A stretch of 63,167 bases of DNA, filler included, from Polymyxa betae A26-41 (GCA_003693705.1; 7 parts of 7 records of this genome joined end to end with filler, not necessarily neighbours in it); one strand, 5' to 3'. Positions 25,201 through 38,022 are shown, numbered from the whole stretch's first letter. Notes: generated by a model not told the origin, from the sequence alone. Program-made: numbers and translations.

Positions 25201-26920
25201 GCCCGCAGCATGCGCTGGCTTTCGAGAAGCTGAAGACCGCGATTGCATATCGTACAAAGCTTTCATTCCCAAGAGATGATATGATTCATGTATGTTCACT
25301 GATGCGAATGACTATAATACATCTGGAATGGTTACACAAATTCCGATTGAAGATNNNNNNNNNNNNNNNNNNNNNNNNNNNNNNNNNNNNNNNNNNNNNN
25401 NNNNNNNNNNNNNNNNNNNNNNNNNNNNNNNNNNNNNNNNNNNNNNNNAGAAACCATTTAAACTTTTCTGCGATCATAAAAATTTGATACAGATTTTTTC
25501 TCCGCATCAGGTGTCGAAACCTACTGCGCAGAAATTGCAGAGATGGGCCCTAGAAATGCAGAGATTTCGTTACGAGATAGAGCATATCAAAGGCGAAGAA
25601 AATTATTGGGTTGACCTCATGTCACGCTGGGGGGCCAGTACGACAGGAGAAGAAGATGGGCCTGTCCTCATAAGAAGAGCGAAAGTATTGAAGATCACAG
25701 ACGAAGGGCGAGTACGACCCACGCAGAGGCCTGATTTTGTATGGCCTTCGATAGAAGAAATCAAAAAGGCGCAACAAGACTTTTTACAAGTCAAAAACCC
25801 TAAATACAATGAAGATGGGTTATTAGTTACGCATGATAAACAGAAGATTATAATTCCTAAAGAAGCGGAAAATTTGAAGATTAGGCTTTGTATAATTGCG
25901 CATTCAGGCGAAAACAGCGGCCACCTAGGCTATCAGGCTGCTACGCAGAAACTTTCGCAGTATTTTTACTGGCAAAACTGCGCAGAAGACATGCGCACTT
26001 TATGTAACTGGTGTTTACATTGCCTACCAACAAGAGGGGGAATGTGTATTCCTAGGCCGCTAGGTACACAAATTCACGCATCCAAATGCAATAAATTGAT
26101 CCATATGGACTGGATTTATGTATGGCCAACGAAGAAAAACGGGGTTCACGAATATCAGTGGAACCTGAATTTGCGCGACGACCTTTCGGGCCTCGTGAAG
26201 ATAACACCCGCAAAGATCCCTGATACAGAAGTCACGGTCGACGCACTGATGGAATGGCGCGCGTTGTTTGGGACCCCGGAGATATTGGTCTCAGACATGG
26301 CGTCGTACTTTGTGTTCGAATACATGAAGAAATTTGCGCTGAAGTTTAATGTTACACAACATCTCAATACAACGTACGGGCACTATAATAACGGAAGCAT
26401 CGAAGTGGTGAATAAGTGCTATCTATCGCTGATGAGAGCACTGCTTTCCGAGTTACGTTGGGACAAGGAATACTGGCCCTGGTTGAATTCCAACGTTGAG
26501 TATACGTTGAATCATAGACCGCAGAGCCGACTCAACGGAAACGCTCCCATAACAGTGATGACTGGCTTACAGCCAGATAACCCATTAGAAGAAATTTTCA
26601 AAAATCCAAAAAATCTTAATTTTATTAAAATATGAATTTCGAAAGACCAGATTCAAAAACTGGTTGATGACCTTGAAAATGCGTTAGAAAAAATGCATAA
26701 GGAAGTAGAAGAAACGTCTCGGAAGCAACGAGATGCGAAGAAAAGGACCGCAAACAAATACCGAAGAGAGCCGAATTTCGGTATCGGCGATTACGTGTTA
26801 GTTGGCATAGCGGAGCCCGCTAAAATGTCCGGACGCAAACTTTTCTTAAAGTGGCGCGGCCCGTACCGAATAGTCGCTACAGAGGACCACTACATATTCG
26901 AAGTCGAAAACATCGTGGAT
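22274..26920 (+). mobile_element. Ty3/Gypsy element: 5' LTR (22274-22469), gag, protease-RT-RNase H-integrase; 3' truncated
   Basis: LTR TGTGTCAATATT...GCTACA; CFSCRKSGHPAFLC; ILDSGA; RMCVDLR, WIDD; integrase HMDW..SDMASYF..NGSIEVVN; WRGPY. Long open pol frames. Confidence 0.95.
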
Positions 26921-27060
26921 TCGATTGCCTCAGTTGTTCTAGTTGTCTTCAATGTGAGACAGCCTCACTACACACTACGTCCCCCAAGGCAAGTTCACCT
27001 TGCGACAAATTTTCATAGCTAAACCGCTCTGTGAGCCGGATTTCAAATTCGAACTTGAAT

Positions 27061-27790
27061 TCATTTCCGCATGCTAGCCTTAGTCCCCGAAATAATCTTC
27101 TTAAGTTCAGTGGCATACTGATGTGATTTGTTTCGAGCATGGTACAACTTAACCAACGCAGGTGCATCTGCATTAATTGAGGTAGCTGGTTCCCAGGAGT
27201 TTTCAGCCTCTGAAAATCCTTTCCATTGGATTAACAGCTGGAGTTCGCCAGTCTCTTCATGCATACGCATGTCGATCACTTTGTCTATGTCAAAGGATGC
27301 ATTATCAAAAGCAAACTGCGTTTTGATATCCTCGGTAACATTCAACATATTATCTGCATAGAACTGCAGCCGATCTCCGTGCACTTGCTGTCTCTGTCTG
27401 GTTACAATGTTTTCGACTTGAAATACATACCCATTTAGCAGATCAACCACACGAAATGGCCCACGCCAGTTCAACGACAACTTCTGCCCATGTCTTTTCT
27501 CGGAATCTCGACTAAGAGATAGTCACCGAGTCCAACGTTAGGCTTCTGTCGCTTATGCTGTGATTTCGGTGTGCTAGGCGCTCACGCTCGTTAGCTTCAT
27601 CAATGATCTTATGCATATGATTCATACTCATTTGCAATTCTTCAACATATTTCCGAATACGTTCATCTGGGATTTGTTTTCTGTCCACCAGTACATTTGA
27701 CGGATCGTGGAAAACAATGTGCAATGGATTATCAGGCTCCTTGCCTGTCCAGACCGTGTATGGCGCCAATCCTCCCAGTCTGGCTTGTGT
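27061..27790 (-). mobile_element. Gypsy integrase C-terminus and chromodomain
   Basis: WRGPFRV..VHGDRLQFY..LLIQWKGFSEAENSWEP. Confidence 0.9.
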
Positions 27791-27865
27791 ATCAGATTTA
27801 TTAAAAATTACATAAAACTTCTGATTTTCCCAAAAATAGCGTACGCAGTTTGATGGAACTGCGTC

Positions 27866-28010
27866 CGCAATAAGACTCGAAGACTGACGCATAAATCTGA
27901 TGCGTATTAAAGATGCGAACATTGATGAAGTATGAAGACCTACTCTAATAATATTGGGCTCGACTCCCAGAGGTCCGTACGGACACCGTACGGACTGAGC
28001 TGAATGAAGC
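27866..28010. repeat. 145-bp sequence nearly identical to 59869-60013
   Basis: Two visible mismatches between copies. Both copies sit at contig ends. Confidence 0.9.
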
Positions 28011-28110
28011 NNNNNNNNNNNNNNNNNNNNNNNNNNNNNNNNNNNNNNNNNNNNTTAATTAATTAANNNNNNNNNNNNNNNNNNNNNNNNNNNNNNNNNN
28101 NNNNNNNNNN

Positions 28111-28539
28111 CGAATTGCAGGGCTTTCTTTGGCACTGGGCTGCTCGAAAATCGTACACATTGCCGGCGGTGTGCCAGCTGGAGAATGGCCAGATTTGCGT
28201 CTGGCGCGCCATTGCCTGGTGCCCAAACTAACGCCTGGCGAGCAGGTTGCTGCTGATTTGGGATACACAGACGGTGATAATTACTTTCTCACCCCTTTTC
28301 AAAATCCTAAGACAGAATACGAAAGATATTTCAATAGGCAGCTGAAGCGGGTCATCATGTCCCGTCACGAAACTTTAAATAAGCGCTTTGAGCACTTTGA
28401 GGCCTTAGCGACAAGAAAATTCCGCCACTCAAGAGAACAGCATGCGGTGTTTTCTGAGGCTGCAGCAAATCTAGTTCAGCTCAGTCTCCAAAATGAGCCG
28501 CTCTGGGATGTAAAAAGCCGATTGATGCAATATCAATGA
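28111..28539 (+). mobile_element. DDE_Tnp_4-type (Harbinger/ISL2EU-like) transposase C-terminus
   Basis: G.PAGEWPD..A..ADLGY..RHETLNKRF..F.AL..FRH. Confidence 0.75.
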
Positions 28540-28704
28540 TTTATTCGGTTAATAATACACAACCCGCATCATATCGAGATTGATACAGTGTGTATTTCCT
28601 TTTATATTCAGACGGCAGTGAAGGGATTGCAAGTTACAATGCACAATACTGCGATTATCAAATCTGGGATAAATGCGCGAATTCGAGATTTACAGCATCT
28701 TCCA

Positions 28705-30082
28705 GGCAACCAGATGCTCCTATAAGTATGTGGGCAACCACGGGGCTGCGCTTTTAAGAAGCGGGCAACCCCTCCTATGCGGGCAACCCCTCCCTCCCTA
28801 TATAGAGAGGGTGAGAGCGAGTGAGAGAGAAGGAAACTGCCGATGTTTAGACGCCTGGCGAATCTGGCCTAACGACTGTTTCCTGAACCGCCCTCTCGAT
28901 TCTCTGAGCGCGGTGTCTACAACTGGTTCTGATGATATCGCTTGCACTTCGGGTGGATTTTGTTTCGAGTCTTGCCTTCCCCGTCCGAGAAAATCATTAC
29001 AGAAGAAAATCGTTTGGAGGAACCTGCGAGCGACCATTGCTGTCCGCCTTTTTATTTGGTTCTGAGGAATCGATGCAAGTATTGTTCCAGAGACGATGTC
29101 GTTATCAGAAGGCAGTCTTCCTATTCCCTCTGAAGCTCGGGATGCATGCCAACACTCGCCCAGAGCCCTATTAAAGTTTTTACGAAGTCTAAAAACATTA
29201 ATTTTAATTTTTTTAAATAATAATGAAGCTACTGTAGATGAATAAATATAGCAGAAGTCACGGGAGCTCCATCAATTTGTGTCGTTCTTTTGTTTCAGAG
29301 CTAAAACTACGCGAAAGCAGAATCGCAGGTGCCTACTTAGCTCCACAGAAAACGAAAAGCAAATAAATGCGGATTCACGTTCAAGATCAAGCTGAAGGCC
29401 ATAGGAGAAATGAAATGGCTTTTAGATACTGAAATATCCACGTGAAACCGAATCACAATCATGAGGTGTTTGCGGACTTAAAGCTGTCGCAGCTTGCTCA
29501 TAATCGAATGATTTTTTAAGAGGTCAAGTCTCCAATGTTGGAGCTCAACAGCCGGGGAGTATTGACTAGCTCGTACATTCAAACACTGAGGAAAGTGAAT
29601 TCAATAGCCCAATGATTGGTGCAAAAGCGACATGCAAAATCTGTTTCAGCGTGTCGAAAAATCGGAAGTTTATAACGCGATATTTTGTGTTAATGGTGAT
29701 TAGCAAGGCGACAGAAGGCTGGAGACAAGAATACAGCTTAATGAGCTAACACTTCGGCTGGAAGGAAGATTGTGGATTTCGAAATGTAAATAGGTAGATG
29801 CTAAAAAAGAAAAAGAAGACGAAATAAAATCAGTTCTTTCCAAATGCAACGAGAATCAGTAATTGATACAACCACGTTTTATCAGTGAAGCGAAAGGTAT
29901 AACTGAGTCAAGTAGAATAAGGTGTTTTCACCACTCTGTCTAAACAATGAGAGGTCTTTGTTGCTCCCTGGTGCTGTCTCATCGCCATCAGCCTCTCCCA
30001 CACTCAAACTCTCTCAACCTCTCTATATAGTGAGGGGTTGCCTTCGTGAATGCCCACGTACTTATAAGGGCATCTGGTTGCC
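28705..30082. mobile_element. Non-autonomous element with long imperfect TIRs (Mutator/foldback-like)
   Basis: GGCAACCAGATGC..TATAAGTA.GTGGGCA..GGCAACCCCTC..CTATATAGAGAGG is mirrored at about 29990-30082. No TSD was found. Confidence 0.7.
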
Positions 30083-30697
30083 AGTGTAGCAATGTCGTAA
30101 AAAAACCACCAGCATGAAACTCGAACTCGGAACTTACAAATGCCAGAACTACAGTCTGCCTATAAGGTCAAGTTGTCGCTGATTTGAGTTTCGTTTTCTG
30201 TATGTGGCATACATTCTAAAATCCAGAAAAAAAAACACCTAAAAAGCACATTAAAAAGCACATTAAAAAGCCCCTAAAAAACCAGCCACTCAGACAGGCA
30301 CGCTCTACAGGCTCGGAATCCTTGGGCAATTATATAACTCTCATGAACCGATGATGTTCCGATAAGGAATAATTCATATCTTGATTATCTTATAATCTAT
30401 ACGAATATCTTCACAATGATAATATTCAAGAAATCTGAAGAATGTGGAATGAATTCAACTATCAGCAATAGCTTCGAATCTCCCTCTGGACAAAACCTCT
30501 AACTGTGTGCAGGTGCCAACACTCTGCATAATAAATCTGACTAATGAGAAGTATTAGTTAGAATTGAGCCTGTAGGCTCGCGATTTACTGAGAGGAAGTT
30601 GTCGAGAAAAGGAGAGCAAATAAAGCAATACACAAAGATGAGATGAAGGACTGTATTGGAACAATCTTGAAACATTTCAAGTTTAATGCGAAACTGT

Positions 30698-32303
30698 TTA
30701 AAGCGGCTTTTTGGCAGAGCATAAAATACCATTGATGTCATGATTATGAATATTTGAATATTGAATGAGTTCAGATTTAACATCTTCTGGGATCTTCCAA
30801 TAGAGAGGATGTTGAACTAGATCACGGATATGTTGATTGTGTTCCATATACTTCAAAAGGACAAAAGACTTAAGAGAATTTTTCAGTCCTGGGATGTCTG
30901 AGAGCATCAGTTTGATGAATTCCGAGCACATTAGGAAGTTGATAGTCCGCTGGAGAGAACAGCCTATTTTTTCTTGAAGAATGAGATCGAAGACGGAATT
31001 CGTGTCAGGAGGCTTCGCGAACAGAGACGCATTCGGAATTCCCATCAGAATCTGCGCAATATCGTAATAGTTTTCGGAAACGGCACACCTCAGCAGCATC
31101 TGAGTAGGCATTGCTCGAATAGGATACATTGATGACTTCGGGCATGAACGGAAGTTGGGCCAGACTCCGGACAAACTCCGTGTACTTCGATCTCAGCATG
31201 TCGCAGGCGTATTCGATGAACGTCTTAGGCTCTGAGAGAATTTGTCGCTGAATAAACGGGATCCGCAGCCATTGCAGAGCCTGGTCCGGGCCAGTACGTC
31301 CATCATGGGTCTGTTGGTGGACATCGGAGCATCGGGCCGTGACCAGCTTGCGTAAGGATTCCATGACTGTAGAAAAAGAGCGAAAATTGAGCAAAGGGGC
31401 GATATTCGGAATAGATTCGGGAGAAATCTGGACATAGTCAAGATAGTTATGGAAATGGAACACGATCCCGAGCTCACGCAGAGCCAGTAAATTTTGCCAT
31501 TTCGCAAGAGGATGAGATTCTTTGGGAAACGATTCCAGAATCAGGCAGAGGACGTCGTATCTGTCCACATAACGGAACGGGAAAGGATAACGAGGGCCGA
31601 TTATGTTGTCGAGTTCATGGGCATCTGGATATTCGATCCGACCGGCTTTATTGGCTTGACGTCGTCGGAGGATTCGGCCCAGCTTCCCTCGTTGATGCCG
31701 AGGCAACATCTCTTCGATCTTCTGCATGATCACAAGGAAACCGGGGTCCTGAAGTGACTGTGATGGAGCGGAAACGCAAACGACAGGAAGTCCGGGAAAA
31801 AGGCGACCAGTTTTTGTCTTAAAGAATGCGTTCACATCATTCACCAAGGTCAGGCCCAGATCTACGATCATAGTCCGCAGCACTTCGGCCTTCTCCTTAT
31901 AGCTCAATTTCCCAGCCCACATAATAAACTGATACACGCCCATGACCAGCTGCGGAGAGATATTCTTGAGATCATCGCGGGTCTTGGAATCGTACCGGAC
32001 TCGGACTGCAAGAATACGGACCAGCTCGGGGATCTCGCGGATCCGGGTATTGGGCGATTCGAAAAGGGCCTGTACGACCCGGCCGCGGTCCACCTGAAGC
32101 AGTCGGCGGCATGTCAGACTGAGATGTCCCAGGTCCGTGACAGAGCATTGCTTGAAGATCTGCTCCAAGATATCATCCGGCAGACCAAGGATATTAAATT
32201 CCTGATCCGGGAGAGGAACGAGATCAGATTCCGGGTCGGAGGAGGCGGCCGCTGCCCCCAGGACCAGTACGGCCGCCGCCATCATGACAACCAGAGCGCG
32301 CAT
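30698..32303 (-). CDS. Signal-peptide F-box protein (candidate effector) with one +1 frameshift near 31121
   Basis: MRALVVMMAAAVLVLGAAAASS signal peptide; LPDDILEQIFKQCSVTDLGHLSLTCRRL F-box; ankyrin-like LLRCAV..YDIAQILM near the C-terminus. Confidence 0.8.
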
Positions 32304-32519
32304 GATGGTGGGAATTAAGGACGAGAGTGTTTCTTCCAGGCCGGTCGGACCGGGTAGGTCCACCACGCAGTTTCTGCGGCCATTGGGCACAGGGCCACCA
32401 GTCTTGTTAGGGTTTGAAGGACTCCTTCCAGTCGATCAATGTCGCTGATTAATCACTGACTGTGTTTTCCAATCTACTGGAATTTGAGACAGCCAAACAT
32501 CATACTATACGACACCATA

Positions 32520-32600
32520 TACAGTCCTCCCTCTCTATAACGACACTCTTTATAACAACATCTTTATATAACCCCATAATGTTACATTGTACGGATATTA
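32520..32600 (+). mobile_element. Tc1/pogo-like terminal sequence
   Basis: TA followed by CAGTCCTCCCTCTCTATAACGACACTC. The same motif is tandemly amplified at 44048-44260. Confidence 0.55.
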
Positions 32601-32699
32601 TTCTATAGATTCTCTACAACTACATCAATGACATGGAGGCGCGGCCCATGGCTATCAAGTAAGATTATTATGGGGCTCTTTGATATATTCATACGGCTT

Positions 32700-32910
32700 T
32701 TACATCGAGCGACATATTGAGAGAGCAGGAAATCCAAGAGGTGAGTAGTTAGGGTTAGAGTACATTGGGTTTGAGCCCTCGTAGGATTGGGCGTGTGACT
32801 TCCTTTTCTTTGAAAAACTCTCTTAGGTCCTGCATATAGGGCCGCTGACGATCAAAAATCATACAAACGGGGAAGTACTGTAAAACCCCGAAATCGCTAG
32901 AAGGGGTTCA
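32700..32910 (+). repeat. Homolog of the LINE 3' UTR at 37062-37260
   Basis: Shared blocks GAGTACAT.GGGTT.GAG, GTAGGATTGGGCG, ACTCTC.TAGGTCCT, AGGGCCG, AAACGGG and AACCCC. Confidence 0.7.
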
Positions 32911-33019
32911 GGAATATCTATGGCATAGCATTTTAGAAAGGCGTTTATGAGATAGCGCGCCTGTTGATTCAAATTAACGAACTAGTCCAATCCAATCCCT
33001 TCCAAAAACGCTGCATAAT

Positions 33020-34022
33020 AAATCTGATTAATGAGAAGTAATACATAGAATAAATATTGCGAGCCTGTAGGCGAGCGCATTTCTGAGAAAAGTCGTCTAT
33101 AAAGGGAGTGCAAACAGCGCAATACACAAAGCTGAGATTAAGGATCGTATTGGAAACAATCTTGAAACATTTCAGTTTTAGTGAAAAACGTTTTGAGCTG
33201 GCTTCTTGGCAGAGCATAATATATCATAGAGTTCATGATAATGAATATTTGAATATTGAATGAGTTCAGATTTAACATCTTCTGGGATCTTCCAGAGGAT
33301 GTTGAACTAGATCACGGATTTGTGGCAAATCTCGATCATCTATAAGAGACTTAAGAGATTAGGGTTTTGTGATGAAGAACGGCATCCTTCAGCAGCGTCT
33401 GACAAAAGTTTTTGCCTCCAATGGATACATTGATGATCTCGGGCATGAATGGAAGTTGGGCCAGACCCCGGAAAAACTCCGTGTTATTCGATCGCAACAA
33501 ATCGCAGGCGGATTGAACGAACGTTTCGGGCTGCGAGACGATTAGTCGCTGAATAAACGGGATCCATAGCCATTGCAGAGCCTGCTCGGGACGAGTACGT
33601 CCATCATGGGTCTGTCGATAGCCACTGGAATGTTGTGCTACGTGAGAAAGAGGCGAAGAATCGAGCAGATGAGACCTCGCTCTGTATTAGAAAGGAGAAT
33701 GAAAGGAAAAGAGAAATAGGACAAGAACACGTGGCCTAGCACACAGTCACAGTGCAGCAAGAAGATCAGGATAGCTGCGGTCCAGTACGGCATCGACGTG
33801 CTGGTCCACGACCTAGGGTTCTAGGGTTTAGGGTTTGTGGTGGCACCACATGTAGTAGTTGGCTGCGACCACCCAGCTCAAAAGCTCCAAAACATACCGA
33901 GGTTTGCTGAGTTTTAGGAGAGGGGCGATATCCGGAATAGATTCGGGCTGAGTACGAACTTGGACAGACTGAAAAAAGCTGGTGAAATGGAACACGATCC
34001 CGAGCTGGCTCAGTGTCAGCAT
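33020..34022 (-). pseudogene. Partial paralog of the F-box gene (C-terminal part and 3' flank), with a deletion and an insertion at about 33616-33836
   Basis: LGIVFHF..PESIPDIAPLL and THDGRT.P.QALQWL.IPFIQR align with 31100-31490. 33020-33320 duplicates 30530-30830. Confidence 0.85.
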
Positions 34023-34479
34023 CTCTTATGATTTATATAACTCTCCGGAACCGATGTTGTTCCTATGGGGAAAATTTCATATCTCGATTATCTTATAGTT
34101 TATACGAATATTTCAAGAATAATGATATCGAAGGGATAAGAAAAAGGTGTAATATACCGTAGACATCACAATATCAACACAACTTTAATAACAGCACTTG
34201 GGGGTCAGACAACATAAGTCGCTGCACATCCCTAAAAAAATGTGTTTATATCTACACATACAGATCCTGTCCCTGTGACAGGGCTGCGCTTGCGCAGCCA
34301 AAAAATGGCAAATTTTAAAAAATCCCATGAGCTAGAACGACGTAACTGCGCTCCCGGACTATTTTAAGCGCAGTCGTTCACTTCCTCGTGCCCTCCTCGT
34401 CCCTCGTTCTTGCTTTATCTCGTCTGTCTCCTCATTCTCCATGTCGCAGTGGTCCGAAAGGAGTACATGAATTTTCGAT

Positions 34480-34679
34480 ACGAATCGCTTCAGGGAAAAA
34501 GCGCCAATGATCTCTCCGGGTGCGTGTTAACAGTACCGCGCGAAGATTTAGTTTCCATGATCGAGAGCGCATTCGACGCTATTAATGGCGAGAACAAACG
34601 GCGTCGTTGGATTGCCAACACGTTCGAAATATGCGGGCAGAATCCTTGGGCTGAAAACGACAATGCCTTTGAGCAGCAT
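34480..34679 (+). mobile_element. Possible pogo-type transposase C-terminal fragment
   Basis: PREDLVSMIESAFDAI..IANTFEICG resembles the end of DDE_1 transposases. Confidence 0.4.
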
Positions 34680-34779
34680 NNNNNNNNNNNNNNNNNNNNN
34701 NNNNNNNNNNNNNNNNNNNNNNNTTAATTAATTAANNNNNNNNNNNNNNNNNNNNNNNNNNNNNNNNNNNNNNNNNNNN

Positions 34780-37260
34780 CAGGGGAATACCGACCCATCA
34801 GTTTGTTACCAAACCTATCCAAATTAGTCGAATACATGATACAAATACGAATGAGAGAAGTCGTAGAGAAGAAACTTTCACGTCAGCAGTTCGGATGCAG
34901 ACCAGGACATTCAACATCGCAAGCATTAATGCGGCTGTTACATTATTCAGGAATTGCAGCAGGATCTGATAAACAGTTCGGCGCAATCCTCTACGAGTTC
35001 ACGAAAGCATATGACAGAGTACCCAAACACATTTTAGTAAAAAAAAATGATCAAATTAAAAATCCCAGCATACCTCATCAACATTGTTTACGATTGGTTG
35101 ACAGATCGAACTTTTACTGTAACATATCGAGGACATGAAACACAGCCCAGACAACAAGAAATTGGCATTCCACAGGGATCCAGCCTCAGCGTCAATTTAT
35201 GGCTGATCTTTGTATACGACATCCCCTTAAACGAAATGAATTCCAACACATACGTAGACGATACGATTGGCTGGGCCATCAAATCCGAGAAAGATCATGT
35301 AAAAAGCAGTTTGCAACACCAATTAGCCAAGATGGTCTGTTGGTGCGCCAAAAACAAAATCAAAATCAACGCAGACAAAACTCATGTCATATTCAATGAA
35401 TATCATCCTAAAGACTGCATTAAACTGAACGGTATGAAGATAAAAACCGCGGAATCAGTAAATATCTGGGAGCGGAAATTGTCGCCAACAAAGCCAAAAA
35501 CAATTCAACATTTTTAATACGAACAGACAAAGTCGCTAAAGAGATCATTAAAAGATGCAAAATATCAAGCGAATTCGCCGATACAGAATTCCTGATAAAG
35601 TCTTTCAACAAGCCTGTCATGCTTTCATAGGAGGCATGTTTAATTACTATATTCCTTGGCTGGGAGGTGAAACAGCCATCAAAACAACTATAAAACCACT
35701 TGAGCTCTCATATAAAGAATACATGAGAACATTTCCAGGATGTATGAGATCAACTCCAATCCCTCTACTACACACAATCTCAAGATTTCCCCTTCTTTTG
35801 GATAAAATACTCACAGATTCTGCCCTCACAGTTATAAAAGCTGAAGCTCAAGGAAACTTGTTAGGAAAAGACTACCGCGAATGGGACAAACAAGGGTGAA
35901 AAGTCGATGGATGGACGCCTTTTGGACGAGTCAGATACGCTCTGGAACAAACAAGAGCAAAGAATTTCTGCTCTAGAATTCACACACAACAAATCATTAA
36001 ATCGCAGACACTCGAATCGCTGAATAAGTGTAAATTCAATATGCATACACGTGAATCAGCTCTCGAATTGCATCAAAATGGACTCCTAATCCCAGAAAAT
36101 ACAGATATCGAGATATGGACAGATGGAAGCCTAACCCGACATAGACGCGGAAATGGTGAAGAAGTCATTCTAACCGGAGCAGCTGCGATAGTTCACATTT
36201 CAAATTGGGAAGACCATGAAGAGATCGAGGAACACCCCATCAAAAAAACTTTACAAATAGAAAATGCTGTATCGAGTTATGAAGCTGAAATAATAGCCAT
36301 ACAAGCAGGTCTAGATATATTACTTCCACTTAAATTAACAGAACGACAGATTCACCTCTTCACAGACTCACTTTCATGCATACAGCAGTTAGCCACGCTC
36401 CCTTTCAAATATAAATATACAAACGTAGTGGTGAAAGATGTCGCGAAACAGTTAGCTGAACTAACAAATCAGAACGAAGTGGAAATACACTTCGTCCCGT
36501 CTCATACAGAAGAACAAATTGCACAAAGTGAGGAAATCGACCAACTGGCAAAAGAGGCCGCCGAGTCTGGGGATTGGGATGTAGATCATGACCCATTTAC
36601 ATCCTCATACAAGTTAATGTTTAAGAAACGTGAAAGACTCCGACTGCAGAATTATCTGAAAGCGAATGTTAAACGTAGCAAATTTAATGGCTACCCAGAT
36701 AGAGCACTTCTAATAGAAGGCAAAATGCAGATCAACAACGACGATAGGAGGAGGATACAGTCGTCCCCATTACCAATAATCATACACTACTAAACAGAGT
36801 CCGAACAGGTCATACACGGGCTAGAGCACATCTAAAGAATATAGGAATAGAATCTGTAGATACATGCCGACATTGTAACAGACACACAGAAATAATCGAA
36901 CATCAGTTAATTCGATGCAAAAAGTATAAAAAACGACTGAAAAAATTCCGAGACAAATACACTGAACTCGACATCAGCAGCTTCAACGAAGCACTGTACA
37001 CACACAGCACATTTATGGCCGACTTCCTTACATACGCTTACCAGAAAGGCTGCTACATATAACGCTTAAGATTGGAAGCTGGGAAACCAGTAGGGGGGTA
37101 TCTGAGAGGTATGAGTACATGGGTTCGAGTAACTGTAGGATTGGGCGGGTGCCTACTCTACTTCATCAGTACTCTCCTAGGTCCTACTAACAGGGCCGAT
37201 CGACATAGAGATCAGCATAAACGGGTGTAATGAAGAACCCCTTCGAAATTGGAAGTAGAA
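34780..37260 (+). mobile_element. Non-LTR retrotransposon ORF2 (RT, RNase H, C-terminal zinc motif) and 3' UTR, frameshifted
   Basis: YRPISLL; QFGCRPGHST; KAYDRV; GIPQGS; YVDD; IWTDGS..EAE..FTDS..VPSH..DQLAK; RTGH..CRHC..EHQLIRC. Stop at 37060-37062. Confidence 0.93.
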
Positions 37261-37289
37261 GCACTGATAGATATTATGGACAGACGCAC

Positions 37290-38022
37290 CGTTAATTTTC
37301 GATGTTAATGGTTTCCAGATGGAGTTGACCGAAACATGTGAAATTTATCAGGCTACGAGTACTTTGCAGAAGCTCATTGTAATTTGTCGCTTATATAAGA
37401 AATTAATATGGGCCGAAGATCAGGGATGGAAATCTCGAAAATCTAACTGGATGACTCGTTGTGTCCCGATTTTATGCTGTGTCACTATCTGCTGCCAGAA
37501 AGATCTGAAAACTTTTCAGTCTCGATGGGGAAACCCATTTCCACATTCCAGATTTTTCCAGAAGTGCTACAGCATCATCACTGACGGGTCTTGTTGTGGT
37601 TTTGAACAGCAGATTCAATGGCTCAAGGTTTTTGTGATGTTCAATTCATTCGGGATTCTGATCATAAAAATCTCTATGATTGTTTAACTAGATATCAAAT
37701 CAAAGGTCTCCAAACAGTATGGTATAACTCCGAACGGTTCTGATTATCTCTCAGAAGACATTTCTTCGCTGTATTCGAGCGCTGTCAGATAAAGTTCAGG
37801 AACAAAAGTCGAAATGTTCCTCCGGTTTAATCATTTATATAACAGATATTGTGGATCCAATATTGAACTGCCTTCATTATCATTGTAATGACGATGTGGA
37901 GTATTTTATTCAGATTTTCGGAGATCATTTCGACTACAATCAATTCCGACAGAAATATTGTTCTGGATTCTCAGAACATTGTTCAGCTCTATGTCAAATG
38001 ACTGCGAATATGCAGAAATGAA
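37290..38022 (+). pseudogene. Member of the TLQKL/WG repeat-module family, 5' part cut off by the LINE
   Basis: STLQKLIVICRLY..CVPILCCVTICCQKDLKTFQSRWGNPF; an intron after KGLQT; PILNCLHYHCNDDVEYFIQIFG. Confidence 0.8.

Noticed and set aside
37110-37175. Hammerhead ribozyme on the minus strand (CTGATGA core)
   Set aside because: It has GAAC instead of GAAA, no valid UH cleavage site, and the core is absent from the homolog at 32.8 kb.
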